Below are positions 50,949-56,198 of a DNA stretch of 56,198 nucleotides, one piece after another. The DNA is taken from assembly GCA_036171775.1 (NCBI GenBank), contig JAVHRR010000006.1:1-56198 (forward strand). The letters are read 5' to 3'. A program made the position numbers and the translations under genes. The stretch is from Minisyncoccota bacterium. GTDB taxonomy: Bacteria > Patescibacteriota > Minisyncoccia > Phycocordibacterales > GWA1-40-21. The first letter of the stretch is position 1, and each line of letters begins with the position of its first letter. The notes under the pieces are model-generated. The model was not told the origin of the DNA, made no database searches, and saw nothing but the letters and a program-made list of their open reading frames with translations.

Positions 50949-53132
50949 TTGAAATTTCACTACCCGGTGAAACTTTTAATTGTTGAGTCTCCGTCAAAAG
51001 CGAAGACGATAGAAAAATATTTGGAAGGTGCATATACAGTCCGAGCAAGCGTCGGGCATATTCGTGATTTACCAAAGTCCAACAAAGACGCTATTGATAT
51101 TCCTGGCGGTTTTATTCCCCATTACGAGATAAGTCCTGGAAAAGAAAAAGTTGTTTCTGAAATAAAAAGCTTAGCAAAAAAAGCTGATGAAGTATTACTC
51201 GCAACCGACCCTGACCGAGAAGGAGAAGCTATTGCATGGCATATTAAAGAAGCTGTTGGTTTGAAAAATCCAAAAAGAATTCGTTTTTATGAAATTACAA
51301 AAGACGCTATTAAAGAAGCGCTTACTCATCCTACTGAAATAGATGACAGCCTTAGAAAAGCTCAGGAAGCTCGAAGAGTTCTTGATAGACTTGTAGGTTA
51401 TGATCTTTCTGGGCTTATCTGGAAAAAAGTTCGTTATGGACTTTCTGCGGGACGCGTTCAATCCCCCGCTCTTCGTATTATTATGGAAAGAGAAAGAGAG
51501 ATACGCGCATTCAAGCCTGAACAGTATTGGACAATCGAAGCTGACACAGAAACAAAAGATAAGACAAAAATTCTTTTAAATTGCGACGAAGAACCTCGTG
51601 ATAAAAAACTTGTAGATAAAATTCTTGAAGTCGGAAACAAAGAAACCTGGACTGTAAAAAGTGTTACTGAAACTGAAGCAAAAAGAAGCGCAAAAGCTCC
51701 ATTTACCACATCCACACTTCAACAAACTGCCAGCACTCGACTTGGATATGCTCCATCTAGAACAATGGGAGTCGCTCAGAAACTATACGAGGCCGGTCTT
51801 ATTACATACATGAGAACAGATAGTACAAACTTGAGCGCTGTTGCACTTGATAACATCGGCATTATGGTCACAAAAAAATACGGAGCAAACTATGCAAAAA
51901 GAACTGTGTACGCTACAAAAAGTAAAAATGCACAGGAAGCTCACGAGGCTATCAGACCAACAGATGCAAATAAAGAAAGTGCTGGTCTAAATGATGAGCA
52001 AATTGAACTTTATGATCTTATCTGGAAAAGAACTGTTTCTTCACAAATGTCAGATGCAAAAATATTGAGAACAAAAATAACTGCTATTGTGGACGCGGGC
52101 GAGATTCCTACATTTTCAATAAACGGTTCAAGAATGCTTTTTGATGGATGGTTAAAAGCTGATCCAGGAGCTCGTGGTGAAGATGTTGAACTTCCAGTTG
52201 TGCAAAAAGGTGATGTTTTGAAATTGATTGAACTAAGAAGTACAGAAAAATTTACTGAACCGCCAGGAAGATATTCTGAAGCTGGACTTATTAAAGAACT
52301 TGAAAAAAGAGGCATCGGAAGACCTTCTACTTTTGCTTCTATTATGAAAACGATTGAGGCTAGAGGTTATGTTGAAAAACAAAACAAAGCTCTTTTCCCT
52401 ACCGACACTGGTGAAGTTGTGAGTGATTTCCTTGAAACAAACTTTCCAAATTACATAAGTGATACTTTTACAGCAGAAATGGAGGACAAGCTAGATGCTA
52501 TCGCAGAAGGAAAAGCTGAATATTTGAAAACCTTGAAAGATTTCTACGGGCCATTCCAAAAAGAAGTCAAAGCTAAAGGTGGAATAGAGAAAGTTACAAA
52601 TCTTGGCGAGGCCGACCCAAGTATGAAATGTCCAAAATGCCAAGGGCCAATGATTATTAAACTTTCAAAGAATGGTAAGTTTTTGAGCTGTAAAAATTAT
52701 CCTGAATGTGTCGGTGCTAGAAAGATTACCGGTGAAGAGCTTGAGGGACCAAAAGAAACTGGTGAAATGTGTCCAGACTGTACAAAAGGTAAACTTGTAG
52801 AAAGAGAAGGTAAATTTGGAAAATTTATTTCATGTGCAAACTATCCAAAATGTAAATACATTAAAAAAGGAGAAGGTGCACCTATAAACTCAACTGGTAT
52901 AAAGTGTCCTATCTGTAAAACAGGTGAAATGGCAGAAAGAAAAGGAAGGTTTGGAATATTTTATAGCTGCTCAAACTATCCAAAATGTAAGTACGCTATC
53001 AAAGCAAAGCCAACGGGCAAACTTTGCCCTACTTGTGGAGCTTTGATGATGCTCGGCACTAAGACCATTCCTGAAAGATGCTCAGACAAACTTTGTCCGA
53101 TGCACAATCCGCACAAAATTGAACAAAAATAA
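50949..53132 (+). CDS. topA: DNA topoisomerase I
   Basis: 727 aa with Toprim (LLIVESPSKAKTIEKYL, DPDREGEAIAWH), the active-site region GLITYMRTDS and four C-terminal CxxC...CxxC ribbons. The ORF-track start is TTG at 50949; GTG at 50967 is also possible. Confidence 0.93.
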   Translation: MKFHYPVKLLIVESPSKAKTIEKYLEGAYTVRASVGHIRDLPKSNKDAIDIPGGFIPHYEISPGKEKVVSEIKSLAKKADEVLLATDPDREGEAIAWHIKEAVGLKNPKRIRFYEITKDAIKEALTHPTEIDDSLRKAQEARRVLDRLVGYDLSGLIWKKVRYGLSAGRVQSPALRIIMEREREIRAFKPEQYWTIEADTETKDKTKILLNCDEEPRDKKLVDKILEVGNKETWTVKSVTETEAKRSAKAPFTTSTLQQTASTRLGYAPSRTMGVAQKLYEAGLITYMRTDSTNLSAVALDNIGIMVTKKYGANYAKRTVYATKSKNAQEAHEAIRPTDANKESAGLNDEQIELYDLIWKRTVSSQMSDAKILRTKITAIVDAGEIPTFSINGSRMLFDGWLKADPGARGEDVELPVVQKGDVLKLIELRSTEKFTEPPGRYSEAGLIKELEKRGIGRPSTFASIMKTIEARGYVEKQNKALFPTDTGEVVSDFLETNFPNYISDTFTAEMEDKLDAIAEGKAEYLKTLKDFYGPFQKEVKAKGGIEKVTNLGEADPSMKCPKCQGPMIIKLSKNGKFLSCKNYPECVGARKITGEELEGPKETGEMCPDCTKGKLVEREGKFGKFISCANYPKCKYIKKGEGAPINSTGIKCPICKTGEMAERKGRFGIFYSCSNYPKCKYAIKAKPTGKLCPTCGALMMLGTKTIPERCSDKLCPMHNPHKIEQK

Positions 53133-53146
53133 GCAAAAATAATCAG

Positions 53147-53173
53147 GATGGGTTTCGCGAAGCGAAACCCATC
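53147..53173 (+). terminator. Intrinsic terminator after topA with a GCGAAGC core
   Basis: GATGGGTTTCGC-GAA-GCGAAACCCATC followed by TTTGT. Confidence 0.75.
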
Positions 53174-53225
53174 TTTGTATCTATTGTTTTGACATTGTAC
53201 CTCTTTGCCTTTAGACTACATACAT

Positions 53226-54764
53226 ATGTCATCAGAAGAACTTATAGCATTGATGGATTCCCCGTCACAGAAAGACAAAGAGTTTATACAAAAAGCTTAT
53301 AATTTTGCGTTGAAAGCTCACGAGGGACAACTTCGAAAATCCGGTGAACCTTACTTTACTCACGTGTATGGTACCGCGCTCATACTCGCAAGTTTAAAAA
53401 AGAGAGCGACTACAATAGTGGCTGGCTTACTTCATGACTCAATTGAAGATGGTGTTGCTACAGAAGAAACAATAAAGAAAGAGTTTGGTGAGGAAGTACT
53501 TTTTTTGGTAAATGGAGTTACAAAACTTGGAAAAGTTAAATACACTGGTGCAGAAAGACACGTTGAAAGTTTAAGAAAATTCCTTGTAGCAGCAGCACAA
53601 GATATTCGTGTACTTGTCATAAAACTTGCCGACAGACTTCACAATATGCGCACACTAAAACATGTTCGTCCTGATAAACAACAAAGAATAGCCTTAGAAA
53701 CTTTGGAGATTTATGCGCCACTAGCAAACAGACTTTCTATTAGAATGCTTTCTCGTGAACTTGAGGATTTGTCTTTGGAATACATTAATCCAGAAGAATT
53801 TAAGAAAACAAAAGAACTTTTGAAAAGCAAGGAGGAAGAATCGATCCTAGAATTAAATAAAGTTATTAAATACGTAAAAAAATCTTTAGCTGAAGAAAAT
53901 ATAACAAATTTTAAAACAGATTATCGACAAAAAGGAATCTACAGCTTACACAAGAAACTCAAGACTCACGACAATGATATAACCAAAATTTTTGATATTC
54001 TTGCTATTCGTATCAACGTGGCAAACATTACAGACTGCTACAAAGTACTGGGTATTATTCATAGTATAACCAGACCGATTCCTGGCAGAATTAAGGACTA
54101 TATTGCGGTCCCTAAACCAAACGGTTATAAAAGCCTGCATACAACTGTGCTAACAAAAGATGGGGTTACAATAGAAATACAGATTCGTACTTTTGAAATG
54201 CACCATGACTCAGAGTACGGTATAACTTCTCACATTTCATATAAAGAAAATGGATCAGTTAAGCAAAAAGAAAATTCAGAATCAAATTGGTTTAAACAAT
54301 TTCTCCCTAAGGTAATTAACTTCCCTGCGCCATCTGAAAAGAATCCAGCTGGGTCTCCAGGATGGATAAATGAATTGGCCGAATCACAAAAACATATTAA
54401 AACGGATGCTGACAAAGAAAACTTTATTGAAGATCTTAGGGTGGACTTTTTCAATGATAGAATATTTGTACTTACACCAAAAGGCGATGTTGTAGATTTG
54501 CCGATAGGATCCTGCGCTTTGGATTTTGCATTTGCGATCCATTCTGATATAGGAATTCATACAAGTGGAGCAAAAATTAATAGAAAAATGGTTTCTTTCG
54601 ATACAAAGCTAAAAAATAACGATATTGTTGAAATAATTATTAAAGAATCAAGCAAACCATCTTCAAAGTGGCTTGAAATGGCCAAAACGAACATGGCAAA
54701 AAGACACATAAGCAATTATTTGGAAAAAAACAAAAGTAAAAATCAAATTCCGAGACAAAAATAA
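53226..54764 (+). CDS. rel: RelA/SpoT homologue ((p)ppGpp synthetase/hydrolase), short form
   Basis: HD domain (HDSIEDG), synthetase (RIKDYIAVPKPNGYKSLHT) and TGS (VLTPKGDVVDLPIGSCALDFAFAIHSDIG). It ends about 60 aa after TGS, so it lacks the ACT/RRM end. First ATG is 53226; the track starts at TTG 53205. Confidence 0.9.
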   Translation: MSSEELIALMDSPSQKDKEFIQKAYNFALKAHEGQLRKSGEPYFTHVYGTALILASLKKRATTIVAGLLHDSIEDGVATEETIKKEFGEEVLFLVNGVTKLGKVKYTGAERHVESLRKFLVAAAQDIRVLVIKLADRLHNMRTLKHVRPDKQQRIALETLEIYAPLANRLSIRMLSRELEDLSLEYINPEEFKKTKELLKSKEEESILELNKVIKYVKKSLAEENITNFKTDYRQKGIYSLHKKLKTHDNDITKIFDILAIRINVANITDCYKVLGIIHSITRPIPGRIKDYIAVPKPNGYKSLHTTVLTKDGVTIEIQIRTFEMHHDSEYGITSHISYKENGSVKQKENSESNWFKQFLPKVINFPAPSEKNPAGSPGWINELAESQKHIKTDADKENFIEDLRVDFFNDRIFVLTPKGDVVDLPIGSCALDFAFAIHSDIGIHTSGAKINRKMVSFDTKLKNNDIVEIIIKESSKPSSKWLEMAKTNMAKRHISNYLEKNKSKNQIPRQK

Positions 54765-54768
54765 CAAA

Positions 54769-54802
54769 TAGCTTGTAGGAAGTAGCTTCTTAGCTTTTTA
54801 GG
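54769..54802. repeat. AGCTTNTT-octamer repeat element (forward), copy e
   Basis: T-AGCTTGT-AGGAAGT-AGCTTCTT-AGCTTTTT-AGG. Confidence 0.7.
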
Positions 54803-54816
54803 AGATACACAAATAC

Positions 54817-54848
54817 AAATGGCAGTTCGCTTCGCGAACTGCCATTTG
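54817..54848. terminator. Bidirectional hairpin terminator between rel and parB
   Basis: CAAATGGCAGTTCGC-TTC-GCGAACTGCCATTTG. Confidence 0.8.
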
Positions 54849-54902
54849 TTGATTTTGCGAAATCACGTCGCGCAACCGTCCTTTAAGCGCGGTGCTAAAG
54901 TT

Positions 54903-54936
54903 CCTAATAAGCTACGTCTCTAAAAAGCTACAAGCT
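54903..54936. repeat. AGCTTNTT-octamer repeat element (reverse), copy f; overlaps the parB stop
   Basis: CCTAATAAGCTACGTCTCTAAAAAGCTACAAGCT. Confidence 0.7.
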
Positions 54937-55938
54937 GAAGTTCTTTACTGAATACAAATCCTCACTCTCCTCTTCTTCCTTCTTCTCGATCGCACTTCTG
55001 TCGTCTATTGCTATGGCTTCTTCTTCAGTAATCTTTGACAATTTTAAAATTTCTTCTGCTGTTTCCACTGAGGCAATATGTTTGTTCAAAAGCTCGTCAA
55101 CTTTTCTCTTATCTTTTGTACTTAACAATTCTAATATTGCACGGACATCATCGTTTGAAAAGAAGTCTATTGTAATTCTTCCTCCCTTTTCACCTTTTTC
55201 AATATGAACTCTTGTTCCTAAAGATTCTGCAAACTTTTCTTCAAGTGCCGTTATTTCAGGATCAAAAACAACTTCCTTCTTTCTGGCTCTTTCAACAGCA
55301 ATCTTTCTTGCTATCATTTCGGCATCACGCACTGTTATCTTCTTATAAATAATTTCCTTAAAAAGAGTTTCTTGTTCTTCTTTTCTGTCTGTAAGCATAA
55401 GAAGGGGTCTTGTGTGTCCTTCTGAAATCTTTCCCTCAGAAACGGCCAATAGCATGTGTTCAGGTAAAGCGAGTATTCTCAAGCTGTTTGATACATACTC
55501 TCTGCTCTTGCCCATTTTTGCAGCGATTTGGGTATGTTTAAAACCAAACTCTGCTACAAGCTGTTGAAAAGCCTTTGCTCTATCAACACAGTTCAAATCT
55601 TCTCTTTGTAGGTTTTCAATAATGGCAAGCTCGAGCTTCATTAGGTTTGACTCGTCGTTTGAGCGAATCACAGCAGGAATTTGTGGAATGCCAGCTATTT
55701 TCGATGCGCGAAGTCTTCTCTCTCCAGAAATCAATTCGTATTCAACAACGATACCGCCATCTTCTTTTTGAACTTCATTTCTTGTAACAACGATGGGCTG
55801 AAGAACTCCGTACTGTCGTATGGATTCTGCTAAATCTTTTAATCTTGCTTCATCAAACTCTTTTCTGGGTTGAAAAGGATTGGGTTGTATTTTTTCTGTC
55901 TCTAACCAAAATATTGAGTCGCTGTAAAATTGTGTCAT
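54928..55938 (-). CDS. parB: Chromosome partitioning protein ParB/Spo0J
   Basis: 336 aa. It has the ParB box IQPNPFQPRKEF...LAESIRQYGVLQPIVV...ELISGERRLRASKIAG and an HTH (HTQIAAKMGKSREYVSNSLR). Confidence 0.9.
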   Translation of the reverse strand: MTQFYSDSIFWLETEKIQPNPFQPRKEFDEARLKDLAESIRQYGVLQPIVVTRNEVQKEDGGIVVEYELISGERRLRASKIAGIPQIPAVIRSNDESNLMKLELAIIENLQREDLNCVDRAKAFQQLVAEFGFKHTQIAAKMGKSREYVSNSLRILALPEHMLLAVSEGKISEGHTRPLLMLTDRKEEQETLFKEIIYKKITVRDAEMIARKIAVERARKKEVVFDPEITALEEKFAESLGTRVHIEKGEKGGRITIDFFSNDDVRAILELLSTKDKRKVDELLNKHIASVETAEEILKLSKITEEEAIAIDDRSAIEKKEEEESEDLYSVKNFSL

Positions 55939-55944
55939 ATAATA

Positions 55945-55981
55945 AGTTTTAAAGTTAAAAGTATAAAGTTATAAAGTTAAT
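55945..55981 (-). promoter_or_regulatory. Conserved SD-less leader box upstream of parB
   Basis: AGTTTTAAAGTTAAAAGTATAAAGTTATAAAGTTAAT, starting 6 nt from the start codon. Confidence 0.6.
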
Positions 55982-56090
55982 TGCAATACGAATTATATCA
56001 TAAATGTCTATTACCAAAAATTGATTTTTGTTCATAAATTGTATATAGTTATTCGCGTTAGTAAGTGTCGATTCATATATTTTTCAAAAT

Positions 56091-56174
56091 GCCGGGATGG
56101 CGGAACTGGTAGACGCAATAGACTCAAAATCTATCGATCGCAAGGTCATGAGGGTTCGAGTCCCTCTTCCGGCA
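56091..56174 (+). tRNA. tRNA-Leu (anticodon CAA), long variable arm, CCA not encoded
   Basis: Manual cloverleaf: acceptor GCCGGGA/TTCCGGC, anticodon arm ATAGA-CTCAAAA-TCTAT, variable arm CGATCGCAAGGTCATG, T arm GAGGG-TTCGAGT-CCCTC. Confidence 0.9.
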
Positions 56175-56198
56175 CAAACAAGAAATTCCCTTCTAGGG

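Overview
AT-rich, gene-dense bacterial window using the standard code. Gene content (reduced dcw block mraZ-rsmH-ftsL-ftsI-murF, mreBCD-pbp2, short ProRS without an editing insert, mostly SD-less or leaderless genes) fits a small-genome Patescibacteria/CPR-like organism; that placement is inference. Layout: (1) 1-4000 holds the leuS 5' end, rmuC, a yqeY-like gene and several small GC-richer genes, each with its own promoter, GGAGG site and GC-rich terminator. (2) 4036-4395 holds a GC-rich scrambled tRNA-Glu look-alike followed by an intact tRNA-Glu(CUC). (3) 4396-21287 is a roughly 16.9-kb accessory island abutting the tRNA 3' end and closed by a degenerate copy of that 3' end. It carries an uncharacterised 809-aa Zn-ribbon/PD-(D/E)xK protein, a cassette of two ORFs plus two DNA methyltransferases, a large serine recombinase, a terminase/ParB-methyltransferase remnant, and a module of membrane protein, DUF4238 protein and an unknown protein. 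(4) 21700-56198 is housekeeping: dcw genes, lysS, greA, pbp2-mreDCB, proS, rseP, frr, holB, a second mreB, an XRE-HTH::MurA fusion, a PriA with degenerate ATPase motifs, ftsQ, serS, dprA, topA, a short RSH, an orphan parB and tRNA-Leu(CAA). The most interesting points are the island's candidate defence genes, a Cas2-fold gene inserted in a duplicated dprA 3' end, and several dispersed short repeat and leader families. No CRISPR array or rRNA is present. All family assignments come from reading motifs by eye; no searches were run.
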